Shown here in pieces: positions 19,117-29,520 of a stretch of 64,000 nucleotides of DNA (within the stretch, counting starts at the first letter, position 1; each line of letters opens with the position of its first letter). The notes beneath the pieces are model-generated. The model was not told where the DNA came from. It ran no database searches and saw only the letters and a program-made list of their open reading frames with translations. The translations under genes were made by a program, and so were the position numbers. The DNA comes from Longimicrobiales bacterium (GTDB lineage Bacteria > Gemmatimonadota > Gemmatimonadetes > Longimicrobiales > Gaopeijiaceae), in NCBI GenBank assembly GCA_965248195.1, contig CBDFIQ010000002.1:1-64000 (forward strand), written 5' to 3'.

Positions 19117-20145
19117 ATGCTCGCTCGAAGGCTGCTCTGGCTCGTCCCGGCGCTCGTCGCCTTACCACTTCAAGCTCAGGACTTGCAAGTTGCAGAGTTG
19201 GGCGAGTGCGCCCTGGAGAGCAACCAAGTGCTCGCACCGTGCGACCTCGGTTACCGCACCTATGGCGAGCTCAACGCCGCCCGAGACAACGCGATCCTGA
19301 TTTCCACTTGGTTCGGTGGCACGTCGGCCGCCTGGACCGGCATTCTCGGCTCGGGGCTGATCGACCTCGACGGGTTCTACACGATCGTCGTCGACGCCTT
19401 CGGGAACGGCGTCTCGACATCCCCTACGACCAGCCCTACCCAGGGTGGAGAGGCGTTCCCGTTGGTTTCCATCGGAGACATGGTGCATTCTCAATACCGC
19501 TTGGTGACGGACGTCCTGGGGCTGGACGGTCTCTACGCCGTCATGGGTATTTCGATGGGTGGCATGCAGACCTTCGAGTGGCTCGTAGAGTACCCGGACT
19601 TCTTCGGCAAGGCGGTGGCGATCATCGGCTCACCCCGGCTGGGGCCGTACGATATCGCGCGTTGGGAGACCGAGCTGCGCATGCTCGAGCTCTTCGAGGC
19701 TTGCGAGTGCGAGGAAGCGGCGGCTGCCTACTCCGGGCTCAGAATGTTGACCCTGAACTCGCCCGAGTACCACGCTCGGGTCACCGATCGGACCACGGTT
19801 CAGGCCGCCCTGGCCCAGCAAGGCCGCCAAAGCCTTGAGACATTGTCGGGGGGTCGAACCAAGAACATCGCGAGTCAGCTCCGTGCCATGATCAACCTCG
19901 ATATCTCGAGAGGATTCGGCGGTGACATGGCGGCGGCGGCCGCCGCGATCCGGGCCGAACTACTCGTGATCGTGGATGCCGTCGACCACCTCGTGACCCC
20001 GGGGCCGGCGCTCGAGTTCGCCGAGCTGGCGGGCGCCAAGAGCGTCGTGCTGAACGATGACTGCGGCCACCTCAGCGCCTTTCAGTCCCGCTCCGGCACC
20101 GAGATGACGATGGCGATCTCGGCGTTCCTGGCGCGGGACGACTGA
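19117..20145 (+). CDS. secreted alpha/beta hydrolase (MetX-like fold)
   Basis: YRTYGELNAARDNAIL, GISMGG nucleophile elbow, CGH; signal peptide. Confidence 0.85.
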   Translation: MLARRLLWLVPALVALPLQAQDLQVAELGECALESNQVLAPCDLGYRTYGELNAARDNAILISTWFGGTSAAWTGILGSGLIDLDGFYTIVVDAFGNGVSTSPTTSPTQGGEAFPLVSIGDMVHSQYRLVTDVLGLDGLYAVMGISMGGMQTFEWLVEYPDFFGKAVAIIGSPRLGPYDIARWETELRMLELFEACECEEAAAAYSGLRMLTLNSPEYHARVTDRTTVQAALAQQGRQSLETLSGGRTKNIASQLRAMINLDISRGFGGDMAAAAAAIRAELLVIVDAVDHLVTPGPALEFAELAGAKSVVLNDDCGHLSAFQSRSGTEMTMAISAFLARDD

Positions 20146-20288
20146 TCGTGCGCGCCGGTCGACGTATCGCGATCGAGTTTCCTGAATCCTCCGACGACGT
20201 TCTTCCGTAAGGTCTCCCAAATCCGCTAGCAGGGAAGGGCCTGGCACGGCGCTTCTCGGTGCTCTCTATCGTGCAGGAACCGCACCGC

Positions 20289-22727
20289 ATGGATCTCTGG
20301 CAAGATATTCGATTCGGCGCGCGTCTTCTGGTGAAGGCGCGCTGGTTCACCCTGGCCGCAGTCACGGCCCTGGCTCTCGGCATCGGCGCCAACGCGACGG
20401 TGTTCACCCTGGTGAACGCGGTTCTGTTCCGCGGGCTCCCGTTCGATGATGCCGAGAATATTGTGGCCGTCTGGGCCGAGAACGAACAGAACCAGCGGGC
20501 CAATTTTTCCCACCCGAACTACGTGGATCTGCGCGACCAGGCGCGGACGTTGGAAAGCCTCGCAGCCAACCTCAACGCGCCCGTCAATTTGGCGGACGAC
20601 GGACAGCCTCCGGAGCGCGTTGTGGGCGCCTATGTGTCGGGTAACTTCTTTCGGATGCTTGGCGAGCAGCCCGTCCTGGGTAGGGACTTCGTGGATGAGG
20701 ACGATCGGGAAGGCGCCGACCCGGCCGTGCTCCTCGGGCACACGGTCTGGCAGAACCGCTACGGTGGGGACCCCGGTGTCCTAGGGCTTACGATCCGGGT
20801 GAACAGCCTGGTTGCGACGGTAATCGGCGTCATGCCCCCGAACATGCGCTTCCCCCAAAACACGGACGTGTGGATCCCCCTGCACATGCTCCCGCCCGAA
20901 TCGGAGGTCGAGAGGCGCGATCAGGGCAGCAGCTTCCAAGTCGTCGGGCGGTTGGCCCGTGGCGCCTCGATCGAGCTGGCGCGGGAGGAGCTCCAGGCCA
21001 TCGGTCGGCGTCTCGCCGACGAGTACCCGGAGTCGAACCGCGAGCTCAGGTTCAATTTGATGTCCTGGCAGGACCAAGTGACCCAGGGTGAAATCCGTCT
21101 GATTTTCCTTACCCTGATGGGGGCGGTCGTCTTTGTACTCCTGATTGCGTGCGCCAACGTGGCGAACCTGCTCCTCGCGAGATCGGCGGATCGTGAACGG
21201 GAGATCGCGGTGCGCGTCTCGCTCGGCGCCACACGCGGGCGGATCGTTCGGCAGCTCCTCATGGAGAGCATCTTGCTCGCGATCCTCGCGGGCGGGGTGG
21301 GCCTCTTGCTTTCGGTGGTCGGCATTCAGTGGTTCGATGCGGCGGTCACGGAGGAAATTGGGAAGCCTTATTGGATGGAGTTCACGATGGACCCCATCGT
21401 GTTCGTGTTCATGGCGGGCGTGTGCCTCGCCACGGCCGTTCTGTTCGGTCTTGCCCCCGCGCTGCAAGTCTCGAAGACCGACGTGAACGAAGTCTTGAAG
21501 GAGGGATCGCGAGGGAGCAGCAGCGGTCGGCGCGCCCGTCGGTGGGCCGACGCCCTCATCGTCGGCGAGATCGTGCTGACGCTCGTGTTACTGTCCGGGG
21601 CCGCGTTCATGATGGGCAGCTTCGTCAAGCTCGCCTCGATGGATCTGGGCATCGAGACCTCACGGTTGCTGACCATGCAGATGTATCTCCCTTTGACACA
21701 GTATCCGGAGCCCGGCCCCCGAAGGGAGCTGTTCGAGGACCTCGAGGAGCGACTCCGGGGTGTCGTCGCGATCCAAGCCAGCACGTTGACCACGGCGCCG
21801 CTACTGAGCGGGGGAGGGTCTCAAGCGGTGGAGGTCGACGGTAGCGACGGCGACACCGGCGAGGTACTTCCGAGGGCTACCACCCTCTGGGTCAGCGACG
21901 GCTACCTCGACGCGCTTGGAGTGCAGCTGGTGCGCGGTCGTTGGCTCGGTCCGGACGACGGCCTTCCGGGCTCGGAGGTCGCCGTTGTCAACCAGCGATT
22001 CGTGGAGGTGCACCTGGAGGGGAGTGATCCCCTTGGACGTCGCGTTCGATTTGTCCCAGCGGCAGCCGACACTCTCGAGGTCGCGTGGCTCACGATCGTC
22101 GGGGTGATTCCGAACATACGCCAGAGGGCTATAGAAGAACTCGAGACCGATCCCGTAGCTTACATGCCCCTTCGTTCTAACCCACTCAGATCGGTCTCAC
22201 TGATGGTGCGCACGTCGGCCGACCCGGGCAGCGCGACACCGCTCCTTCGGGAGGTCATGAGCGCGGTCCAGCCCGACTTGCCCCTCTTCAACATCATGAC
22301 GATGGACCAACTCCTGGCCGAGCGGCGTTTTATCTTTCGCGTCTTCGGCCTGATGTTCTCCGTTTTCGCGGGTATCGCCCTCGTCCTCTCGGCGGTGGGG
22401 CTCTATTCGGTGACGACGCACTCCGTCACCCAGCGGACTCAGGAAATCGGGATCCGGGTCGCGCACGGTGCGCATCCCCGCCAGGTGACTTGGCTGGTGC
22501 TGCGCAGGGCTCTCGTCCAACTGGGGATAGGCCTGCCCGTGGGGCTCCTCGGCGCGGCCGCCGTGGGTCAGTTGCTTCAGAGCGTAGTGGTCCAGACCAG
22601 TGCCACCGACCCGCTCTTGCTGGGGGCGATCGTTCTGGTGCTGGCCGTGGTCGCCGTGGTGGCCTGCGTCATCCCCGCTCAGCGGGCGGCCCGTCTCGAT
22701 CCCATGGTGGCGTTCAGGGTGGAGTAG
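20289..22727 (+). CDS. ABC transporter permease (duplicated MacB/FtsX, ADOP type)
   Basis: WQDIRFGAR, LLIACANVANLLLAR, QRTQEIGIR, DPMVAFRVE. Confidence 0.9.
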   Translation: MDLWQDIRFGARLLVKARWFTLAAVTALALGIGANATVFTLVNAVLFRGLPFDDAENIVAVWAENEQNQRANFSHPNYVDLRDQARTLESLAANLNAPVNLADDGQPPERVVGAYVSGNFFRMLGEQPVLGRDFVDEDDREGADPAVLLGHTVWQNRYGGDPGVLGLTIRVNSLVATVIGVMPPNMRFPQNTDVWIPLHMLPPESEVERRDQGSSFQVVGRLARGASIELAREELQAIGRRLADEYPESNRELRFNLMSWQDQVTQGEIRLIFLTLMGAVVFVLLIACANVANLLLARSADREREIAVRVSLGATRGRIVRQLLMESILLAILAGGVGLLLSVVGIQWFDAAVTEEIGKPYWMEFTMDPIVFVFMAGVCLATAVLFGLAPALQVSKTDVNEVLKEGSRGSSSGRRARRWADALIVGEIVLTLVLLSGAAFMMGSFVKLASMDLGIETSRLLTMQMYLPLTQYPEPGPRRELFEDLEERLRGVVAIQASTLTTAPLLSGGGSQAVEVDGSDGDTGEVLPRATTLWVSDGYLDALGVQLVRGRWLGPDDGLPGSEVAVVNQRFVEVHLEGSDPLGRRVRFVPAAADTLEVAWLTIVGVIPNIRQRAIEELETDPVAYMPLRSNPLRSVSLMVRTSADPGSATPLLREVMSAVQPDLPLFNIMTMDQLLAERRFIFRVFGLMFSVFAGIALVLSAVGLYSVTTHSVTQRTQEIGIRVAHGAHPRQVTWLVLRRALVQLGIGLPVGLLGAAAVGQLLQSVVVQTSATDPLLLGAIVLVLAVVAVVACVIPAQRAARLDPMVAFRVE

Positions 22728-22737
22728 AGGCCCTAAA

Positions 22738-23217
22738 TCAGTTCTCTGTTCGCGTGGCCGTCCAGTTGACCGTGAAGCGCCCGCCCGGGCCTTCCATCGT
22801 CCCGGCCATCATGTTCCCGTCGATCTCACCGTTGTAGGTGGCCTCGAAGGTGCCACGCGGCGTCTCTCGCTCGACGGTGAACGTGATCTTGTTGCCCTCG
22901 AGCATGATGTTCTTCAGCTCGGCGCTGCCACGCTCGCCCTCGAGCGTGGCCTGGAGCGTCTCACCCTGGAGCGAGAACATCAGCGTCTGGGTGCCGCCAC
23001 CGAACGCGCCGCCGCGACCCCCACCGCCGCCCCCACCGCGCCCGCCGCCTCCACCACCGCGCCCGCCGCCGCCGCCACCCCCACCACGACCCTGTGGCGC
23101 CTCCATCGTGAACTCCCAGCTTCCCGCCAGGTCACCAACGTCCTGGGCCGCGCCCGGCTCGGCGAAGTACGCCACCGAAAGAATTATTGCTCCCACCCCA
23201 AAGATGAACCTTTTCAT
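22738..23217 (-). CDS. secreted protein with Gly/Arg-rich insert
   Basis: Signal peptide MKRFIFG...AAQ and a small beta domain. Confidence 0.75.
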   Translation of the reverse strand: MKRFIFGVGAIILSVAYFAEPGAAQDVGDLAGSWEFTMEAPQGRGGGGGGGGRGGGGGGRGGGGGGGRGGAFGGGTQTLMFSLQGETLQATLEGERGSAELKNIMLEGNKITFTVERETPRGTFEATYNGEIDGNMMAGTMEGPGGRFTVNWTATRTEN

Positions 23218-23366
23218 GTGATCCCCCTCGAATCGAGCTCCTATGCCGTCCACACTTCTGATACCGAAACGACACGCGACGTTAGAAATGCGTTAGTGCC
23301 AAACCCGTAGTTCCAAACCCGCCCGGCCTTCGGGGGCAGGATGGCACGCGGCCGAACTACTGGCCG

Positions 23367-25646
23367 TCAGAGCCTGAACAATCGATTGATCTTCACGACC
23401 AGCCCGCGGTTCCGAAGCTCCGTGAAACGCTCCGGCATCAGCGGATCCGTATCGCGGTCCTCTGAGTAGACCACGAAGAGTTCGCTGCCGGGACTGTACT
23501 GCCAACGGAACCGGAGATTGGTGCTGAACGAGTCCCCACTGGAGCTGTACTGTAGCAACCCGCTGAAGAACATCCGCGGCGTGAAGGTATAGGTGAACCG
23601 TGCCCTGGCGAGTTGGGTGGTGAACGAGCCTTCCGGCAGGTCCACCCAGTTGAACGAGACGCTCGGTTCCAGCGACAACTGAGGGGTGACTTCGACACGG
23701 CCACGGCTGAGGGACACGGCCGTGTTGTTCCCGCTCCAGAAGCCACCGGTTTGAACGGTGATCTGGCCGCTGACTGGCCTCTGGGCACCGAATCGGTACG
23801 AAGCTCGGACGTTCCGGAAATCGTACCCCCCAACCGGAATCGTCACGCCTGGCGAGATGGTGAACGGACTGGTCAGCAACTCGTAGTGGTCATTGAAGAA
23901 GAACGTGAGTTGGTCGCTGGTCTCGAACTCGGATTCGAGGAGGAGCTGAGCTTCGTGCGTCTCGAGCTCTCCCTGGTCGGCGGTGGCGATGTGGTCGAAG
24001 CTGCCGACCACCACGAAGCGCCTGACCAGGTCGATCGAATTGGTGCGCGGACTGAACCGTGCCAAGGCCGAGTTCTGGCGGAAGTTGTCCCGGGGAACGA
24101 ATCCGACTTCGGGGATGAACCTGTCCTCGACCACGAGGTGGCCGTAGGCCAGGCCGTAGCGATCTCCCGCATAATCGAAACGACCCTGATAGCTGTTGTC
24201 CTTGCCGTTCCTTGCCGGGGTCTGCGTATTCGCGAAGTATCCCGCGAGACTGAAATCGTCATAAAAGGCGAGCCTGCCGTCGACGCCGTAGACTTTGCTG
24301 GACCCGTCCCCGACGAGCGACACCGAGCGGTTCGTGAAGATGGCACCAACGGTGCTCCGACGCAGAATATCTCTCTTCACACGGACGACCGTGAAGTTGG
24401 TGGACACCGCGCCCGAGGTCGCCTCATCTCCGGTCTGGATGTTGAGCACACCGACGTCGAAGGGGCCGACCTTGCCGGTCATGCGGCCGCCGGCCGTGAT
24501 CGGGACGATCTGCCCCCCTTCGAGACCGATCCGTCGGCTGAAGAAAAGCGTGGGCAAACCCCCGCCCCTGCGCTCACCACCACCCCGAGCGAAGTCGAAG
24601 TTTCCACGCCCCTCGAGGAAGAACTCACGCTTCTCCGGAAAGAACAGACTGAACCGCGTCAGGTTGACCTGCTGTTCATCGACTTCAACCTGGGCAAAGT
24701 CGGTATTGAGCGTGAAATCGGCCGTCAGGTTTTGTGTGAGGCGGTACTTGACGTCGAGTCCGAAGTCGGCATCCGTGTCATTTTCGGTGGGCGGATTGGC
24801 GTTGAGGTCGGTCTTCAACCCCGCGATCCCGTAGGGTTTGATCTCTGCGTCGATGCTCAGTGGAGGCACTTCGAGTCCGACGAGCGTAGCGGCCTCAGAC
24901 ACGCGCCAGAGTCCGGCGATCACGCTGTTTCCGCGGGCTGCGGAGATGGGTAGCGCCGTCAGGTAGGCCGCTTCGTTCCGGCGACGAACGATGCGGCGCA
25001 GCTGAATGCCCCACACTTGCGTCTCGCCGGGTTGATACCGGAGCGACTTGAATGGGATCTCGATTTCGACGGTCCAGCCGCCCTCGAACCGGCCGGTCCG
25101 CATGTCCCAGACGATATTCCAATCGGTGTTCACGTTCCCTTCGTTGGTAATCGCGAAGTCGGAGTACCCGCCGATCGGAGTCACCAGGAACGCCACGCCG
25201 TTCCGCTGATCATGGAAGGTGTCGAGGAGGAATGAGAACGAATCGTTTTGCCGTAGCTGGCCGACGTCATGACGCATCTCGTTGGCGACCCACTCACTGG
25301 GCGGGGCCGAATCGAAGGCGCGTGCCGTCACATAGAGGCTGTTTTCGTCGAAAAACACCCAGACGTCCGTCCGCTCGCTAGCGGGAGCCCCCTCGTCCGG
25401 GATCTGTTGGATGAGACCGGTGATCGGCCGAACGGTTCGATAGGCGGCTTCGTCGAGCCGGCCATCCAGCCGAATCTCTTGCGTCAACCGGGTGGCACGA
25501 ACCGTGGTTCCGCCCTGATCGTCCCGAGCGACCACCTCTGGCGCCACGGGCATCGGCAGAATTTCCTGGGCCGCGGCCGGGGCGCCGAACCCGAGAGTGA
25601 GGCCAAGGGTGAACCCGAGAGTGACGCCAAGCGTGAGACGCAGCAT
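23367..25646 (-). CDS. DUF5916 / carbohydrate-binding family 9 outer-membrane protein
   Basis: LDGRLDE, EIPFKSLRY, NTDFAQVEVD, FFPEKREFFLEG. Confidence 0.85.
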   Translation of the reverse strand: MLRLTLGVTLGFTLGLTLGFGAPAAAQEILPMPVAPEVVARDDQGGTTVRATRLTQEIRLDGRLDEAAYRTVRPITGLIQQIPDEGAPASERTDVWVFFDENSLYVTARAFDSAPPSEWVANEMRHDVGQLRQNDSFSFLLDTFHDQRNGVAFLVTPIGGYSDFAITNEGNVNTDWNIVWDMRTGRFEGGWTVEIEIPFKSLRYQPGETQVWGIQLRRIVRRRNEAAYLTALPISAARGNSVIAGLWRVSEAATLVGLEVPPLSIDAEIKPYGIAGLKTDLNANPPTENDTDADFGLDVKYRLTQNLTADFTLNTDFAQVEVDEQQVNLTRFSLFFPEKREFFLEGRGNFDFARGGGERRGGGLPTLFFSRRIGLEGGQIVPITAGGRMTGKVGPFDVGVLNIQTGDEATSGAVSTNFTVVRVKRDILRRSTVGAIFTNRSVSLVGDGSSKVYGVDGRLAFYDDFSLAGYFANTQTPARNGKDNSYQGRFDYAGDRYGLAYGHLVVEDRFIPEVGFVPRDNFRQNSALARFSPRTNSIDLVRRFVVVGSFDHIATADQGELETHEAQLLLESEFETSDQLTFFFNDHYELLTSPFTISPGVTIPVGGYDFRNVRASYRFGAQRPVSGQITVQTGGFWSGNNTAVSLSRGRVEVTPQLSLEPSVSFNWVDLPEGSFTTQLARARFTYTFTPRMFFSGLLQYSSSGDSFSTNLRFRWQYSPGSELFVVYSEDRDTDPLMPERFTELRNRGLVVKINRLFRL

Positions 25647-25648
25647 CC

Positions 25649-26293
25649 CTAGTCTGGTCCCGCCGTGTCCGCCCCTAGAATCGCGGCGATGATGCGGCCC
25701 GGCCCGTGGACTCCGGTCACGAGAATTTGGCCGATGTCGGCCGACTTGCTCGGGCCGGAGTGGAGAGCGAGGACCGCCGGAAGATCGTCGCGGCACGCTT
25801 GTAGCGCATCGCCCAACGTCGCGTGCACATCTCGAGCTCGCACCCAGACGAGGTGAACCGGAGGGAGGAGTTGGGCTCGGCGGCCTTCCCTGGAGGAAAG
25901 AAGAAGCGAGCCGGTCTGAGCCGCCGCTCCTACCGCCACCGACACGCCCAGCGCCGCCTCCGGAGGTGGGGCCGCGGGGAGCGCCGGCTGGAGCGCCTCG
26001 GGTACGCCCCTGCAGACGGACACGCTCTCGAACTCGCTCGCGAAATCGTTCAGCCATACCCGGGCCGCCGCCTCGTCGGCGAGCCGAATGACCTCACCGC
26101 CCGCGGCTTGTAGGCGATTCTCAAAGCCACCGACGGGGTCGGCCTCCGCGACCACTCCGGCCCCTGTGGCCTCGCTGAACGGTCCCGGCGGCTCGGCGGC
26201 CTCCGGAAGTGACCCAGGGTGCGAGACAGGTTCGCGATCCCGGTTCGCGTCGCGGACCCGGCTCAGGATGCGCTCTCTCGCGTCTCGACTCAT
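25649..26293 (-). CDS. lutC: lactate utilization protein C (LUD domain)
   Basis: LLPPVHL, SGPSKSADI, GVHGP. Confidence 0.85.
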   Translation of the reverse strand: MSRDARERILSRVRDANRDREPVSHPGSLPEAAEPPGPFSEATGAGVVAEADPVGGFENRLQAAGGEVIRLADEAAARVWLNDFASEFESVSVCRGVPEALQPALPAAPPPEAALGVSVAVGAAAQTGSLLLSSREGRRAQLLPPVHLVWVRARDVHATLGDALQACRDDLPAVLALHSGPSKSADIGQILVTGVHGPGRIIAAILGADTAGPD

Positions 26294-26388
26294 TCGATGC
26301 CCTCTCTCGCGTCTCGACTCACTCGATGCCCTCTCTCGCGTCTCGGCTCACTCGATGCCCTCTCTCGCGTCTCGACTCACTCGATGCC
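26273..26388. repeat. tandem repeat, 4 x 29 bp, at the lutB/lutC junction
   Basis: Unit CTCTCTCGCGTCTCGACTCACTCGATGCC. Confidence 0.95.
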
Positions 26389-27771
26389 CTCGTCCCAAAG
26401 TTCGCGGAAGGTGCGCCCGGCGGCCCGGGGCATCTCGCGGCCGGCGCTCCACTCGCGGAGCATCGGGAGGCGTCGAGCGACCGGTTCCGGAAGGACCCCG
26501 GCCACCTTCTCCGCCCACCCAAAGAGTCGGGAACGCGTCGCGGTGGCGGTCAGGAGACCCAGCACCGAGCGCTCCACATCGCTGGTGAGCCCGCGTTCGA
26601 CCGCCCGTCGGCGCCAGACGTGAAGCAGATCCGGGATCGGGATCCGGACCGGGCACACGTCCGCGCAGGCTCCGCAGGCCGAGGAAGCGAAGGGCAGGGG
26701 CAGCGTCTCCTCCAGGCCGATCAACCCGGGGGCCAGGACGGCGCCGATCGGTCCCGAATAGACGTACCCGTACGCGTGGCCGCCCGTCTGTCGATACACG
26801 GGGCAGATGTTCAGACACGCCCCGCAGCGCACGCAGCGCAGCGCCTCCCAGACCTCGGGATCCGCCAGCAATCGCGTGCGCCCATTGTCTACCAACACAA
26901 CGTGAAGTTCCTCCGGCCCGTCCGGCTCACCCGCGTGGGAGCCTCCCGGCCCCTGAATGATCGAGACGAAGCATCCTACCGGTTGTCCGGTAGCCGATTT
27001 GGCCGTGACTTGGAGAAAGGTCGAGAGATCGGCCCACCTGGGGAGCACCTTTTCGATCCCGACCAGCGCAACGTGGATCCGTGGAACCGAGGTCGAGAGC
27101 CGGATGTTACCCTCGTTCTCGATCAGAGCGATCGAGCCGGTCTCAGCCACCAAGAAGTTACCCCCGCTGATTCCCAGCTCGGCCGTGAGAAAGGCGTCCC
27201 GCAGGAGCTCCCGGGCGGCTGCGGCGAGGCGCTCCGGTGACGCGTCGCGCGGGGTACCCAGCCGCTCGTGGAAGATCGCTCGCGTGTCGTCGAGGCTCTT
27301 GTGGATCGAGGGGCCGACGATGTGGCTGGGCGGCTCGCCGAGGAGCTGGATGATGTATTCGCCGAGATCGGTCTCGAACACCTCGACACCGCAGGATTCC
27401 AGAAAGGGGTTGAGCCCGACCTCTTCACTGAGCATGCTCTTGGCCTTCACGGCTCTCTGAACGTCGTGTTCGCGCATGATGCGCTCGAAGATCTGGTGGA
27501 CGTCCGAAGCCGTCTCGGCCCAGTGGACATGGGCGCCCCGCTCGACGAGCCGAGCCTCCGCCTCCTCGAGATAATCCCCCAGGTGGGTGAGCGCGTGGCT
27601 CTTGACCTGCTCTGCCCATCGGCTCAAAGCGTGCTCGTCGAGGTCGGCATAAGCCTCCCGTCGATGGTCCACGAACGTCCGGGTCGCCGCGGTGACCGCC
27701 TCGCGCACCTCAGGCGTCTCCGCAATGATACGTCGGGCTCGAGCGCGGTAATCTCGGCTATGCACTTCCAC
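26377..27771 (-). CDS. lutB: lactate utilization protein B (Fe-S)
   Basis: ETDLGEYIIQL, ENEGN, CVRCGACLNICP, CGACADVCP. Confidence 0.9.
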   Translation of the reverse strand: MEVHSRDYRARARRIIAETPEVREAVTAATRTFVDHRREAYADLDEHALSRWAEQVKSHALTHLGDYLEEAEARLVERGAHVHWAETASDVHQIFERIMREHDVQRAVKAKSMLSEEVGLNPFLESCGVEVFETDLGEYIIQLLGEPPSHIVGPSIHKSLDDTRAIFHERLGTPRDASPERLAAAARELLRDAFLTAELGISGGNFLVAETGSIALIENEGNIRLSTSVPRIHVALVGIEKVLPRWADLSTFLQVTAKSATGQPVGCFVSIIQGPGGSHAGEPDGPEELHVVLVDNGRTRLLADPEVWEALRCVRCGACLNICPVYRQTGGHAYGYVYSGPIGAVLAPGLIGLEETLPLPFASSACGACADVCPVRIPIPDLLHVWRRRAVERGLTSDVERSVLGLLTATATRSRLFGWAEKVAGVLPEPVARRLPMLREWSAGREMPRAAGRTFRELWDEGIE

Positions 27772-28462
27772 GGCGAGCCTCCCAAAGGACCGAAGCCAAC
27801 GGCCGGAAGCGGATCCGCGTCCCTCGGCGTCGAGCGCGACCGTCCAGCTGGAGCAGGCACCCCCCATCGGCGGATACGACGGTCTCCACATCCGGAAGCG
27901 TCTCGAGCTTCCGGTCGGCCATGGCGACCGATACCTCGGGGGCCTTCACCGAGAAGAGCCCCCCGAACCCGCAACACTCCTGATCCATCTCCCACTGGAC
28001 GACCTCGGCGCCTGCGGATTCGAGAAGCCGCAGGGGCTGCTCTTCCACCTCGAGCTCTCGGAGCGCGTGGCAACCGTGATGGTAGGCGAGCCGACGCCCC
28101 TCCAAACCTCGGCCGAGTTCGGTGACCCCGAGGACGTCCACGATAAATTCGGACAGTTCGTAGGAGCGCTCGGCAACCGCCGGAGAGTCGAGCAGACGAG
28201 GGTATGTGCAGCGCAGCATCGCGGCGCAGCTTCCGGACGGAAGGACCACATAATCAGCGTCGGCAAAAACAGCCGCGGTGTGAGCGGCCATTTCACGGGC
28301 CTGAGGCACGTGGCCCGAGTTCCACGCCGGCTGTCCGCAGCACGTCTGATCCCTCGGGAAGTCCACGTCGACGTCCAACGAGCGGAGGAGGCGAACGGCG
28401 TCGGCCGCCGCGTCCGCGAAAAAACGGTCACCGAGACAGGTGATGAAGAGTGAGACTCGCAT
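27758..28462 (-). CDS. lutA: lactate utilization protein A (CCG domains)
   Basis: MRVSLFITC, QTCCGQP, CCGFGG. Confidence 0.9.
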   Translation of the reverse strand: MRVSLFITCLGDRFFADAAADAVRLLRSLDVDVDFPRDQTCCGQPAWNSGHVPQAREMAAHTAAVFADADYVVLPSGSCAAMLRCTYPRLLDSPAVAERSYELSEFIVDVLGVTELGRGLEGRRLAYHHGCHALRELEVEEQPLRLLESAGAEVVQWEMDQECCGFGGLFSVKAPEVSVAMADRKLETLPDVETVVSADGGCLLQLDGRARRRGTRIRFRPLASVLWEARRGSA

Positions 28463-28707
28463 GGGGACTTGTAATCCAGAGGCTAGTGTCCTGTACCCGC
28501 CAGTTCCGCGGCCGCACTCCGGACTCGGCACTCGGGGTCCGACCAACATAGGATTCGACCAACAATAGGAAAGGCGGGGTCCGATCCGTCGGGGCGACCG
28601 CAACCGACGATCTCAACAGTTTGGCGTGGACAACACCCATTCTTACGCGTAGCATGTCCAAGCAGTGGGATCGGATTCAACGCAGCTTGTCAAACGGAGG
28701 TCAACTT

Positions 28708-29268
28708 ATGAAGCGCATCCTTCTCGCCGTCCTCGGCTTGCTGACGCTTTCGGCCGGTGCGGACGCACAGAGTACGGCACAAACGATCGAGCGTGCCTTA
28801 TTAGCGGCGCCCGCGCGAGCCCGGGAGGACGCCACGGTCATCAGCTGGAGAGCTGACTACACGTATCGGACCCTGAAAGAGGGCACGAGCCAGTTGGTCT
28901 GCTACGACCGGTCCGGAGATCCCGGCCAGCCGGCGTTCGCCGTGGCCTGCACAGTGCTCGGGAACCTGGACAGGATCGCACAAAACCGGCGATTTGCGGC
29001 AGAGGGCGGAGACCGGGCGGGGACTCGCGCGTTGGTAGCCGCCGCCGACGAGAGTGGCACACGAATCCCGCCCGTATTTGGATCGGCGTGGATGGACCTG
29101 GGCGGCGACAATCAGATGAGCGCTCGGACCCACACGACAATCGCTATGCCGGGCGCAACCGAAGCGAGTTCCGGCTTTCCTGAGAGTGGCGCGGGTGGTG
29201 GTGCTTTCCTCATGGCTGCCGGCACTTCGGAGGCCCACCTGATGGTGCCCTACATCGTGGCGCCCTAG
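28708..29268 (+). CDS. secreted hypothetical protein
   Basis: RBS GGAGG, signal peptide, C-terminal AHLMVP. Confidence 0.75.
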   Translation: MKRILLAVLGLLTLSAGADAQSTAQTIERALLAAPARAREDATVISWRADYTYRTLKEGTSQLVCYDRSGDPGQPAFAVACTVLGNLDRIAQNRRFAAEGGDRAGTRALVAAADESGTRIPPVFGSAWMDLGGDNQMSARTHTTIAMPGATEASSGFPESGAGGGAFLMAAGTSEAHLMVPYIVAP

Positions 29269-29312
29269 AAGCAAGTGGTTAGTCTCGCCCGCAGGTAAAA
29301 GCGCTGGTACAC

Positions 29313-29352
29313 AAAAAGCGGGGCACGGCCGATGCGGCCGTGCCCCGCTTTT
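29313..29352. terminator. bidirectional rho-independent terminator
   Basis: AAAAAGCGGGGCACGGCCG-ATG-CGGCCGTGCCCCGCTTTT. Confidence 0.75.
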
Positions 29353-29418
29353 CCGTCAAATCGTCCCAAGCCTTCGCTAGCCCGCCCTCGGCAGGATAGG
29401 GTCCGGCCAGGATCGACC

Positions 29419-29520
29419 CTAAGGCTGCAGTGTGATCTTCTGCACTCTCCAGCTGAGGATCTCGCCCACGTAGAGTTCGTTCTCGTTCCGACAGTCGATC
29501 GCGTGAGTCGAGGCGAACTC
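29419..29520 (-). pseudogene. orphan C-terminal fragment of an NHL-repeat protein
   Basis: EFASTHAIDCRNENELYVGEILSWRVQKITLQP* with no upstream gene body. Confidence 0.55.

Noticed and set aside
19117..20145. Calling this gene metX
   Set aside because: The signal peptide and divergent motifs argue against a cytoplasmic homoserine acetyltransferase.
23010..23095. G/C-rich low-complexity repeat
   Set aside because: Encodes a Gly/Arg-rich loop in a secreted protein.
26273..26388. Possible CRISPR array (29-bp repeats)
   Set aside because: Units are contiguous with no spacers, and there are no cas genes.
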